64,000 nt of DNA from Methanomassiliicoccaceae archaeon (GTDB lineage Archaea > Thermoplasmatota > Thermoplasmata > Methanomassiliicoccales > UBA472). Positions 42,666-52,149 of the stretch are shown here, one piece after another. Each line of letters starts with the position of its first letter. Position 1 is the stretch's first letter. The stretch spans positions 7,182 to 71,181 of the forward strand of contig CAWBKY010000004.1 in NCBI GenBank assembly GCA_963789555.1, given 5' to 3'. A program made the position numbers and the translations under genes. The notes under the pieces are model-generated. The model saw nothing but the letters and a program-made list of their open reading frames with translations, was not told where the DNA came from and searched no databases.

Positions 42666-43102
42666 GGCACCTCCTTATGGCGTTTCACGAAGAGACCGCA
42701 CCAGCATTCCCCCGTCTCCTTGTAGGCGTTCTGCCTGAGGAAATTGCAGGGGCATATCAGGTTCAGGTCCTTCTGGAAATCGCCGGTGGGTATGCGGCAG
42801 GGGCAGTACTTTAGACCTTTGTTGGCGCGGTTCTCCAGGACGCCCTTGGAGAGCAGCTCCACCTCGTCCCCCTTGTCCGTCATCTTGAACTCGGGGCTCT
42901 GCTCCCCGAACCTCCTCCAGACCTCGATCACCGCCTCCTGGGTGGCGATCTCGCCCCCTTCAGTACCGATGATGCGGAGCGCCTCGTCATGGTCGATCAA
43001 CATGAAGGCCCGCTTCGCTCCGCAGGTGGGGCACACCTCAGGAGGGTTTATGCCATAATGGAGGTCGTTGCACACGTGGCAGCGCCAAAGTCTCTTTCCC
43101 AT
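42662..43102 (-). CDS. Rubredoxin-like domain fused to ferredoxin:thioredoxin reductase catalytic domain
   Basis: 'WRCHVC...PPEVCPTCGA' followed by FTR motifs CPC, CPC and CWC. Confidence 0.88.
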   Translation of the reverse strand: MGKRLWRCHVCNDLHYGINPPEVCPTCGAKRAFMLIDHDEALRIIGTEGGEIATQEAVIEVWRRFGEQSPEFKMTDKGDEVELLSKGVLENRANKGLKYCPCRIPTGDFQKDLNLICPCNFLRQNAYKETGECWCGLFVKRHKEVP

Positions 43103-43262
43103 TCAGGTCACCTTATTGGTCTAAATGCATAACCGCCACGATATAGATTTAAGTGAAGGTCGCGTGGCGCCGAGGGCCGCCCAGGGATGTCAAGATGTGT
43201 CACGGCCAGATGCGCCGTTGGGACCGATAAATATATCTTATATCGATTTATCCGCCTAATCT

Positions 43263-43487
43263 ATGCCAGAGATATCAGCTCAGGCTGAAAAGCTGTTCAA
43301 GGCCATGAAGAAGGCTGGCGCCATCAGCGAGGACAAGTCCATCACCGCTGAGAAGGCCACATCCCTCTCCACCCTACCCAAGGCCCAGTGCATGAACGCA
43401 CTGCAGGACCTGGAGAAGAAGGGCATCGTCAAGAAGAAGACCAAGGGCAACGCGTCCTCCTACTTCTTGGCGAAGACCGATCTCTGA
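43263..43487 (+). CDS. Small basic winged-helix-like protein
   Basis: 74 aa, Lys-rich, 'ALQDLEKKGIVKKK...YFL'. Confidence 0.65.
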   Translation: MPEISAQAEKLFKAMKKAGAISEDKSITAEKATSLSTLPKAQCMNALQDLEKKGIVKKKTKGNASSYFLAKTDL

Positions 43488-43619
43488 ACCATTTTTCAGC
43501 TTCAAAGGCCAGGCCGGGGCAGGGACCGGTCCAACCTCCTCTCGATTTCCTCCATGGGTCCATCGCACCACTGACAGGCCTCGAAAACGGTTATATCCCG
43601 GTGGACGGTTCCCCACATC

Positions 43620-44231
43620 ATGTTGGAAGGCTTGGTGGCATCAGCGGTCGTGCTGTTCTTCATCTTCGACCCCTTCGCCAGCCTGCCCATCTTCATCGGC
43701 CTGACCAAGGACCAGGACAAGGCGCAGATGATAAAGAGCGCCAACCGCGCCTGCTTCGTGGCCGCCTTGCTCTTCGTCATCTTCGCCATCTTCGGGCAGC
43801 AGATACTGGACCTTTTCGGCATCTCCATCTCCAGCTTCAAGGTGGCCGGTGGCCTGGTGCTGATGATGATGGCCGTCGAGGTCATCTTCGGCATCGAGCT
43901 GAGCAAGCACAAGAACGAGGAGGTGGCCTGGGTGGTCATCGCCACGCCCATACTCACCGGGCCAGGTGTGATCGCCACCGCCATATTGCTGGTGGACCAG
44001 TACGATGTGGTCACCGTGCTCCTCGCCGGCGGTTTCGCCCTCTTGGTCACCTGGCTGGCCTTGCACAACTCCGTCTACATCGTCAAGAAGCTGGGCAAGA
44101 ACACCATCGAGATCGTCTCCCGCATCATCGGTCTGTTGATCGCCGCCTTGGCCGTGGAATACATCCTCAGCGGCTCGATGCAATACATCGAGCAGAACAT
44201 GACGGCGCTCATCCAGCTGCTGCTCGGTTAG
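43620..44231 (+). CDS. MarC family membrane protein
   Basis: 'FFIFDPFASLPIF', 'SFKVAGGLVL' and 'ATPILTGPG'. Confidence 0.9.
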   Translation: MLEGLVASAVVLFFIFDPFASLPIFIGLTKDQDKAQMIKSANRACFVAALLFVIFAIFGQQILDLFGISISSFKVAGGLVLMMMAVEVIFGIELSKHKNEEVAWVVIATPILTGPGVIATAILLVDQYDVVTVLLAGGFALLVTWLALHNSVYIVKKLGKNTIEIVSRIIGLLIAALAVEYILSGSMQYIEQNMTALIQLLLG

Positions 44232-44320
44232 GTCATCCTTCACCGAAATGAGGGCGAGCAGCGAAAATGCTATAAATCGCCAGCTACGAGTACCGTCCTC
44301 GATCGCTAGGTGAACGAGGC

Positions 44321-44590
44321 ATGGCAGAGGAGAAGAAGAAAAAGGAGTGCAGGAAGTGCGGGGACGAGCTGGTCATCGACGAGACCCCGAAGTTGAAGAT
44401 CAACGGAAGGGAGGTGGGCATCGCCGAGCTCGACAACATCATGAACGAGGTCATCGCCCTCAATCTGAGCGACGACGCCGAGATCAGCAGGGAGCTGTTG
44501 CAGCGCGTCAAGGACCGGGACTTCGTGCCGGCGAGCGTGGAGAAGGAGTATTCGCGCGCATTGTTGGAAGAGTACAAAGAACGCATCTGA
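44321..44590 (+). CDS. Small conserved hypothetical protein (CxxC)
   Basis: 'CRKCG...INGREVGIAELD...FVP..EKEY..ALLEEY'. Confidence 0.7.
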   Translation: MAEEKKKKECRKCGDELVIDETPKLKINGREVGIAELDNIMNEVIALNLSDDAEISRELLQRVKDRDFVPASVEKEYSRALLEEYKERI

Positions 44591-44654
44591 CGATCGACCC
44601 GTTCCAATTTTTCCTCCAATCCCTTCTAGGGTCATCAAGAAAGCCTTTTATCGG

Positions 44655-45353
44655 ATGACCCACCATCAAACCCCGATGAAGGACGAAGACCTGGTCATGG
44701 GCGTGGACGACGCCCACCTGATGTCGTTGGAACTGACCACCCATATCCTGGAGTACGCCAACTCCTATCGCTTGCTGTCATCGCAAGGCGATTACCTGGG
44801 CAAGGAGAGGTTGCGCTACCTGACCCTGATGGTGATGTTCGACGAGATGGCCAAGCTCATGGAGGTCATGAAGGATTGCGAGCGGGCCGTGACCCACAAG
44901 GACCCGTTCGTGACCGTGCCTGGTTTCTATGGGAAGGCGAGGAGCGAGAAGGCGTTGGGCAACATCATGACCGAGCTGAGCAAGTCCGAGGCCATGTTCA
45001 TGCTCTTCAAGAAGGTGATGGGGCATCCCCCCTCCAACCTGGACTTCGATATGTTCAAGAAGGAGTTCGGGCAGGGCAGCAAGGGCCTTGATTCCCAGAT
45101 CCACAACCTCACCTTCTATGACGTGAGGATGCGCAGCGACCACCTGGGCCAGGTGCCATCCAAGGAGGTCATGGACATGTTCTTCGAGGCGGTGGTGATC
45201 AACGCCGAGAGCGCCAGGGAGTTCATCTACGAATGGGCCCGGGCCAGGGAGCTGGACCTGGAGTTCAAGCTCAAGTCCTTCCGGGCCGAGGGTTGCGGCA
45301 ACGTCAAGCTCTGGGCCAAGGTGCCCATCCCCAAGACCCAGAGGAACTTCTGA
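44655..45353 (+). CDS. Hypothetical protein
   Basis: 232-aa ORF with host-like codon usage, no motif recognised. Confidence 0.7.
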   Translation: MTHHQTPMKDEDLVMGVDDAHLMSLELTTHILEYANSYRLLSSQGDYLGKERLRYLTLMVMFDEMAKLMEVMKDCERAVTHKDPFVTVPGFYGKARSEKALGNIMTELSKSEAMFMLFKKVMGHPPSNLDFDMFKKEFGQGSKGLDSQIHNLTFYDVRMRSDHLGQVPSKEVMDMFFEAVVINAESAREFIYEWARARELDLEFKLKSFRAEGCGNVKLWAKVPIPKTQRNF

Positions 45354-45362
45354 GGCGGGACG

Positions 45363-45677
45363 ATGACCGGCAAGTTCGCCCGCTACGAGATAGACCTCAA
45401 CGCCAAATGCGTCTGCGGGTGCATGGAGGGGGACCGGGTGCACAAGATCTACCGTTTCCCCAACGACTATGGCGCCTCGGTGGTATCTGGCCGGAAGGAG
45501 AACGGAAGGGTGGGCCAATACCGCATGTTCGTCCTCCATTTCGAATCCCCCGCTCCGGAGCATTGTTGGGAGGTCACCTCCGACAACCCGGTCAGCGCCG
45601 GGGCCGACACGCTGGAGTGCGGCGACTGGGTCCAGGTCGAGGCGGTCTTGCAGCGCATCTTCTCCCTGCCGGGCTGA
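45363..45677 (+). CDS. Hypothetical protein
   Basis: 104-aa ORF with 'YRFPNDYGASVV'. Confidence 0.65.
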   Translation: MTGKFARYEIDLNAKCVCGCMEGDRVHKIYRFPNDYGASVVSGRKENGRVGQYRMFVLHFESPAPEHCWEVTSDNPVSAGADTLECGDWVQVEAVLQRIFSLPG

Positions 45678-45722
45678 GCAACCTATTTATCCGGTCGACT
45701 TGACTTATGACATCGGATAACG

Positions 45723-46079
45723 GTGTCCATCTGGAAGTGGTTCAGGAAGGAGAGGCCTGAGGGCTCGGTCAAGGAACTGACCGATGAGGCGTTCGATGCT
45801 TTCCTGGCAGAGAACCGAGGGCGGTGGTCGAGGTCTATCTGGGCACCTGCCCCCATTGCAGCGCATGGCGCCGATATACGAACGGGTGGCCGAGGCCTCC
45901 TCGCAGAGGGCGGCCTTCGCCCGGATCGAGGGCAGGACGCAGCCGAAGACCGCACGGCGTTACGAGGTCTCGTCCGCCCCGACCTTCCTCTTCTTCAAGG
46001 ACGGAGCAAGGTGGCATCGTTGGAAGGTGAGATGTCGCAGATGGAGCTGGAGCACCATGTCGCCACCCATTTCGGTTGA
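45723..46079 (+). CDS. Thioredoxin (CPHC), frameshifted
   Basis: 'VKELTDEAFD', 'GTCPHC|QRMAP' and 'SAPTFLFFKDG'. Confidence 0.75.
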   Translation: MSIWKWFRKERPEGSVKELTDEAFDAFLAENRGRWSRSIWAPAPIAAHGADIRTGGRGLLAEGGLRPDRGQDAAEDRTALRGLVRPDLPLLQGRSKVASLEGEMSQMELEHHVATHFG

Positions 46080-46088
46080 GGTTTGAGC

Positions 46089-46466
46089 ATGATCAAGGAC
46101 ATCAACGAGGCGCTCTTCAACGATCTGATGAAACGCACCGACAAGGTGGTGGTGGTCGAGTTCTGGTCGCCAAGTTGCTCGATATGCAAGGACGTCGCAC
46201 CGGCGTACGAGCAGGTGGCCCAAGAGCTGGAGCAGGAGGCGACGTTCATCCGCATCAACACCGATGGGAACGTCCAGATGGCGCAGAGGCTGGGGGTCAC
46301 GGGCACACCCACCTTCATGTTCTTCTGCCGCGAGGGCAAGGTGGGCGAGGTGGTGGGCCTTACCTCGGCCACGCTGTTGCGCAACACCATCCGCGATTCC
46401 ATCAAGTACAACACCGCCTGCCCTCGGAAGAAGAGGCCGTCCTACGACATGGACGGCTACGGCTAG
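46089..46466 (+). CDS. Thioredoxin (CSIC)
   Basis: 'VEFWSPSCSIC' and 'GTPTFMFF'. Confidence 0.85.
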   Translation: MIKDINEALFNDLMKRTDKVVVVEFWSPSCSICKDVAPAYEQVAQELEQEATFIRINTDGNVQMAQRLGVTGTPTFMFFCREGKVGEVVGLTSATLLRNTIRDSIKYNTACPRKKRPSYDMDGYG

Positions 46467-46504
46467 GGAAAATCTAGATTAACCGCCTGGCCAATGACCT
46501 GGGC

Positions 46505-47752
46505 ATGTTCGGACCGGTCGACCTCGAGAAGTGGATGAAGGGACGCCAGGCCAGCTTGGCCAACGTTCAGGGCGCGGTGCAGGATATCGTGGACCGTGTC
46601 CGCCATGACGGCGACAAGGCACTTTTCGAGCTGACCGAGCGTTTCGACAAGGTCAAGCTGGACTCGCTCCGGGTCAGCGAGGGGCAGTTCAAGTTGGCGC
46701 GAGAGAGCGTGCCTGAGGAGCTGGTCCGCGAGCTGGAACGGGCGGCCGAGAACATCCGCCGCTTCCACCGCATGCAGCAGTCCCATGGCCTGTGGTTCCA
46801 GGAGGTGGAGCCAGGCATAATACTGGGGGTCAAGACGACGCCATTGGCGAGCATCGGGGCCTATGTCCCCGGCGGTCGGGCGGCCTATCCATCCACCGTG
46901 CTGATGTGCGCCATACCGGCGAAGGTGGCCGGGGTGAGGAAGGTCATCTGCTGCACCCCGCCCCCGGTCAACGCCCTCACCCTGGTGGCCATGCAGGTGG
47001 CCGGGGTGGACGAGGTCTATCAGATCGGGGGGGCCCAGGCCATAGCGGCCATGGCCCTCGGCACGGAGACGGTGGGGAAGGTGGACAAGATCGTCGGCCC
47101 AGGCAACGTCTATGTGACGGCGGCCAAGATGATGTTGCGCGACGCGGTGGACATCGATTTCCCGGCCGGACCGAGCGAGATCGCCATCATGGCCGATTCC
47201 AGCGCCGACGCCTCCTTCATCGCCGCCGATATCATCGCCCAGGCGGAGCACGACCCCAACGCCGCCTGCCTGCTGGTCAGCACCGACCCTTCGCTCCCGT
47301 CCAAGGTGGGGGCGCAGATCGAGCGGCAACTGGGCTCATCGCAGCGCGGTGCCATACTGGAACGCTCATTGGGCAACGCGGGGTATGTCATCGTCCCGGA
47401 CCTGGCCGAGGCGGCGGCGGTGATCGACCGGGTCGCCCCCGAGCACCTTTCCATCCAGATGACCAATGAGCTGCTGGCATTGAACTCCGTTCACAACGCC
47501 GGTTCGATCTTCATCGGCAAGTACGCCGCGGTGGCCTGCGGGGACTACGCCTCGGGCACCAACCACGTCCTTCCCACCGCTGGCTATGCCCGTATCTATT
47601 CTGGCCTGGACGTGCACCATTTCTGCAAGCGCAGCTCGATCCAGATGATAGACCGCAACGGACTGGAACGGATCGGTGCCACGGTGGAGCGTCTGGCCCG
47701 GGCGGAAGGGCTGGACGCCCATGCCCGTTCCGTCGAGATGCGGCGGGATTGA
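46505..47752 (+). CDS. hisD: Histidinol dehydrogenase
   Basis: 'YVPGGRAAYPS', 'GPGN', 'AGPSE', 'QAEHD', 'APEHL' and 'GTNHVLPT'. Confidence 0.96.
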   Translation: MFGPVDLEKWMKGRQASLANVQGAVQDIVDRVRHDGDKALFELTERFDKVKLDSLRVSEGQFKLARESVPEELVRELERAAENIRRFHRMQQSHGLWFQEVEPGIILGVKTTPLASIGAYVPGGRAAYPSTVLMCAIPAKVAGVRKVICCTPPPVNALTLVAMQVAGVDEVYQIGGAQAIAAMALGTETVGKVDKIVGPGNVYVTAAKMMLRDAVDIDFPAGPSEIAIMADSSADASFIAADIIAQAEHDPNAACLLVSTDPSLPSKVGAQIERQLGSSQRGAILERSLGNAGYVIVPDLAEAAAVIDRVAPEHLSIQMTNELLALNSVHNAGSIFIGKYAAVACGDYASGTNHVLPTAGYARIYSGLDVHHFCKRSSIQMIDRNGLERIGATVERLARAEGLDAHARSVEMRRD

Positions 47753-47755
47753 GGC

Positions 47756-48791
47756 CTATTTCCAATTGACCAGGATCTCCTCGCGGCGGAAGGTCCTCCG
47801 GGCCAGGTTGAGCATGGCCAGGTCGATGATGAGCACCACCAGCGCCAGGACCGCGATGTTCAGGGCGGTCAGCGGGATGAGCCCCAGGGCCATGATGAGG
47901 AACAGGGCCACTATGGGCAGCACCACCAGGGAGCCGAGCTGCTGGGCGGAGCGGACGTCGGTGACCCGGGAGGATATGATGACGTTGCTCAGGATGCTCA
48001 TGCCGCACACCATGGGCGACAGGAGGAAGACCCCGGCCACCCATATGGCATCAGGCATCGGACTGTAGCCCAAGGCCGGCTCGGTGATCGTGTTGACTAT
48101 GATCACGAAAGGCAGGAACACCGCCCAGGTGACGAGCACGCATGGGATGAAGATGGAGGCGGCCTTGCCCACCAGCAGTTCCAGGTCGGTGGTGGGCGTG
48201 GCCAGCAATGGTTCGAGGCTGCGATTTATCTTCTCTCCCACGATGGTGTACGACGCCACCACGGTGGGGATGACCGTGGGGATGAGGATGAAGAAGATGA
48301 GCAGTATGTTCAGCAGGAGCAATATGGCGGTCTCGGTATCGCTCGGCTGACCAGCGACGAAACTGTCCTGAACGGTGGTGCCCACCAGGTCCGTTCCGTC
48401 GAGGTTGCTTTGCTGGACGAACGAATCAGTGAGCCCCCCTCCGACGATATCGCTCCCCTCCACCAGGGAACCTTCCACGGTGCAGTTCTCCAAGCGGCAG
48501 TGGCTGATGACCGCGTTTTGGACCGTGCAATCGACCAATGAGATGTTGCTCAGCACGACATCGGACAGGTATTCGACCCTGCACGCTCGATGAGAGGTTC
48601 AACCCCAGGTCGAGCGGTCCGTCGGCCGGGCCTTCGGACATGGAGGAGACCGGTATCAGATATATCGCCGGCAGGACCGTGGCGAAGATGATGGGCATCA
48701 GCACCAAGGAATAGAGGATGTACTTGTTGCGTCGGAACTCGGAGAACTCCTTCCGCACGATGATGCCCACACGGTCCCAGCGCAGGATCAT
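47756..48791 (-). CDS. ABC-2 type permease with repeat-rich external loop (frameshift at about 48570)
   Basis: 'IVRKEF', 'IVGEK..RSLEPLLATP' and 'FRREEIL'. Confidence 0.85.
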
Positions 48792-49711
48792 CCTCCCCCT
48801 CCGATTATCTTGAGGTATACATCCTCCAGGCCGCGCCTGCCCTGCTCCACGTATTCCACCTTGCCCCCCATGGCGATGATGAGGTCCACGATGAGGGGGT
48901 TCTGGACCGATGGGTCCTCCAGGCGGACCGTCAGCTCGTTGCCGTTAAGCTCGGAGGAGAGGACGCCAGGGACCCTGAGGATGGCCTCGGGGACGCCCTT
49001 CGGGATGGAGACCATGCGGACCACCGTGGTGCGTCCGAAGAAACGGTCCGCCAGCTCGTCCGGGGACCCGATGGCGAGAAGACGGCTGCGCAGGACGCCG
49101 ATGCGGTCGCAAAGACGATGGGCGTCGTCAAGGTTGTGCGTGTTCAGAAGGATGGTCCGGCCCTCTCCCCGCAGCTCCATGATGTACTGGCGGACGGTGA
49201 GGGCGGCCTGCGGGTCGAGTCCGGAGGTAGGCTCGTCCAAGAATAGGTAGCGGGGCTCGTGCACCAGCGCTCTGGCGATGGAGATCTTCTGCTTCATGCC
49301 CTTGGAGAAGCCGGAAACCGCATCGTCCCTCCTGTCCCATAGTTCCAAGGTGGTGAGGAGCTGCTTTATGCGGCCCTGCCTTTCGCTGGTCGGCACGCCA
49401 TACATCTTGCCATAGAACTCAAGGTTCTGCCAGGCGCTCAGGGATTCGTAGAGGCCGGGTGATTCTGGTAAAAGCCCGACCATGGACCTTATGCGCAGCT
49501 GGTCCTGATGATGGGAGACGTCCAGGCCATCGATGAAGGCCGACCCGGATGTCGGTGATATGAGGGCGGACAGCATGCGGATGGTGGTGGTCTTGCCCGC
49601 ACCGTTCGGTCCGAGCAGCCCGAAGACCTCCCCATCCTCGATGCGCAGGTTGAGGCCTTCCACCGCCACCAACCCATCGAACCTCCTGGTAAGGTCAACA
49701 GTCTCGATCAT
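48788..49711 (-). CDS. ABC transporter ATP-binding protein
   Basis: GPNGAGKTT, 'FSKGMKQK' and 'LDEPTSGLDP'. Confidence 0.92.
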   Translation of the reverse strand: MIETVDLTRRFDGLVAVEGLNLRIEDGEVFGLLGPNGAGKTTTIRMLSALISPTSGSAFIDGLDVSHHQDQLRIRSMVGLLPESPGLYESLSAWQNLEFYGKMYGVPTSERQGRIKQLLTTLELWDRRDDAVSGFSKGMKQKISIARALVHEPRYLFLDEPTSGLDPQAALTVRQYIMELRGEGRTILLNTHNLDDAHRLCDRIGVLRSRLLAIGSPDELADRFFGRTTVVRMVSIPKGVPEAILRVPGVLSSELNGNELTVRLEDPSVQNPLIVDLIIAMGGKVEYVEQGRRGLEDVYLKIIGGGG

Positions 49712-49782
49712 TTCTAACGCCTTGACGGGAGGGTGATGGGGGAGCCCCATATTGGTTCTTCTGTTGGTGATATCGCACCAAT

Positions 49783-50450
49783 TCACTTGATGGGAGGACG
49801 ATTTGGTTGCAGTATGACCTTCTTTATCAGGTAAAGGGTAGGGATGATGGTGAGCACAAGGAGGAGCGGGAGCATGATCACGAAGGTCTGTAGGTCTTCG
49901 ATGCTTGCGCCGTCTCCCCTCCCAGAGAATCCTTGAGAGTGCTTACCATCATCACCACCACGATACCGAACACGCCGATGAAGACGGAAATGGACTCGAT
50001 GATGCGCACGAAATAGGTGCGTAGGAACTGATCGTGGTCCGCGATGGATTTGCGTAGCTCGGACACATCCTTCTCGAACTCTTTCTGGCTTCTCTCCAGG
50101 TTCTTCTTCAGGGCCTCCATGTCGGTCTTCATGCTGTCATAGGTGGCGATGAGCTTGGACTCCATCTCCCAAGGCGATATCGTCCCGGCCCCCTCGGTCT
50201 GGGGCTCCAGGCCTTCCAGCATGGAGATGCCTTTCGCTGAGACCACCAGTCTCGTAACTCCCGCCCCATCCTTACTGGATTGAACGAGGCCCTCCTCCAC
50301 CAATCTGGTCAGGGTCGGTCGAAGGGATTCCTGCCCCACCTTCTCGCTCTGAGCGACCGTCTTGAGGAGGTCTGCCTCCGCCACCCTGGCGGGATAACTT
50401 TGCCTGAGCTGCCGCAGGATGGCTAGGCCATGGTCGATATCATCGCTCAC
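49783..50450 (-). CDS. wHTH/coiled-coil/2TM protein, paralogue B (3' frameshift)
   Basis: Similar to the upstream gene ('DHDQFLRTYFVRIIE'). Second TM is in a shifted frame ending at 49783. Confidence 0.7.
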
Positions 50451-51144
50451 GCATGCCATCCTCCTTGCATGGGTCCACTAGGATGAAGCGCTTGATGCCC
50501 CAGATCATGACCAGGACATAGACCATGATCGACAATGGCACGCTCAATATGATGACCCAGTAATCTTCCACGCTGGCATCGTGCTGCAGGCTTAGCCCGA
50601 TGGTGAGGATGAGCACCACCACTATGGCGAATATGCTCACGAACACCCCGAAGGTCTCGATGACGCGAAGGAAATAGGTCCTGATCACCTGGTCATGGTC
50701 CATGATGCGTTGCCGCATCTCCTTCATCTCCGCATCCAAGGTCTTCTGGCTGGACTCGATCCCCTGTTTCATCTCCTCCATATCTGACTGTATGCGGTCG
50801 TACGTCTCGATGAGCCGGGTCTCGATCTCGCGGGCGGAGACGCCCTCTCGCTTCGCCCCCCTCTCCTCGAGTGATTGGAGGTAGTCAATGCCGTCGGAGG
50901 TGATCTTGTAGCGATAGGTCTCGGTCTTGCCGAAGGGGGCCTTGATGACTGACTCCTCGATCAGGGCCTTGGACTTCAGCTCCTTGATCTCTTGGGAAAC
51001 TCGATCAATGGTGACGTCCTTCAGCGCCTTCTGTACCGAGGAGATGAGCACGATCTCGTCGACCTTGATGGGATAGAACTCCCTCAAGCTCCTCAGTATC
51101 TGCATCTTGACGATGTTCTCGCCATCGACCCCCGCTATGCTCAA
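50440..51144 (-). CDS. wHTH/coiled-coil/2TM protein, paralogue A
   Basis: 'ILRSLREFYP', wing 'YKITSDGIDYL', heptad region, 'DHDQVIRTYFLRVIE' and two TM helices. Confidence 0.75.
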   Translation of the reverse strand: MSIAGVDGENIVKMQILRSLREFYPIKVDEIVLISSVQKALKDVTIDRVSQEIKELKSKALIEESVIKAPFGKTETYRYKITSDGIDYLQSLEERGAKREGVSAREIETRLIETYDRIQSDMEEMKQGIESSQKTLDAEMKEMRQRIMDHDQVIRTYFLRVIETFGVFVSIFAIVVVLILTIGLSLQHDASVEDYWVIILSVPLSIMVYVLVMIWGIKRFILVDPCKEDGMRER

Positions 51145-51228
51145 CCTCTCCCCCCACCAATGTTTAACCATTGACCGGTGGAGTTTATATTATTGGCGTC
51201 AACGGTCTAAAAAAAAGAACGTCCCAAC

Positions 51229-52056
51229 TCATGGAACACCTGTCGGGTCCCAGGAAACTCGAAGCCCGCTTTCGAAACCGTTCATCTCCTCCATATCAGC
51301 GTCGCTGAGAGCAAAATCGAAGATGCCAGCGTTCTCGATGATGTGATCGCTGGAGGCCGCCTTGGGTATTATGACGTGTCCCCTCTGCAGACCCCATCGG
51401 AGCATTACCTGCGCGGGGGAACGTCCGTGTGCCGCAGCCATGTCTCTCAAGCCCTGATGTCCGAACCTCTTCCCACGGGCCAAGGGACTGTATGATTCCA
51501 CCTGCACCCCCATGGACCGGCAGGCATCCACCAGCTCGGTCTGCTGGAGATAGGGCGACAGCTCCACTTGGTTCACCGCGGGAATAAATTCCGCATAGGT
51601 TCCCAGCTCATTCAAGTGGGCGACGGTGTAGTTGCTGACCCCGATGCAGCGGCACCTGCCTTCCCTAAGCAACGTCTCCAAAGCCTTCCAGGAGCGTTGG
51701 CGCAGGGCGAGGACGGGCCAATGTATCAGGAAGAGGTCTATGGTGCCCACATCGATCCTCCTCTCACTGGCCTCGAAGGCTTTCAGCGCCTCAGAGTAAC
51801 CTTGGTCGTGGTTGTACAGCTTGGTGGTGACGAACACCTCGTCGCGGTCCAGACCGCTGTCCCTTATCGCCCGGCCAACATCTTTCTCGTTGGCGTAGTA
51901 GCTTGCGGTGTCAATGAGGCGGTAACCCACATCCAAGGCCGTTCGGACGGCGTCATATGTCTCCTTGCCAGGCGACAACCTGTACGTTCCCAGACCGAAC
52001 CTGGGCATCTTGACGCCGTTGTTCAGTTCCACCGTCGAAGCGATGTTGAAATTCAT
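51229..52056 (-). CDS. Aldo/keto reductase
   Basis: 'GLGT', 'IDTASYY', 'LIHWP', 'IGVSNY' and 'IPKA'. Confidence 0.93.
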   Translation of the reverse strand: MNFNIASTVELNNGVKMPRFGLGTYRLSPGKETYDAVRTALDVGYRLIDTASYYANEKDVGRAIRDSGLDRDEVFVTTKLYNHDQGYSEALKAFEASERRIDVGTIDLFLIHWPVLALRQRSWKALETLLREGRCRCIGVSNYTVAHLNELGTYAEFIPAVNQVELSPYLQQTELVDACRSMGVQVESYSPLARGKRFGHQGLRDMAAAHGRSPAQVMLRWGLQRGHVIIPKAASSDHIIENAGIFDFALSDADMEEMNGFESGLRVSWDPTGVP

Positions 52057-52149
52057 CGTTCTCCCGACCTAAAGTTTAGATAACCAGAGGTTCGTGGTTA
52101 TCCACCACGAGAATCAGATAATTGCCTTATATAAAGGTTGGAGTTGGAT

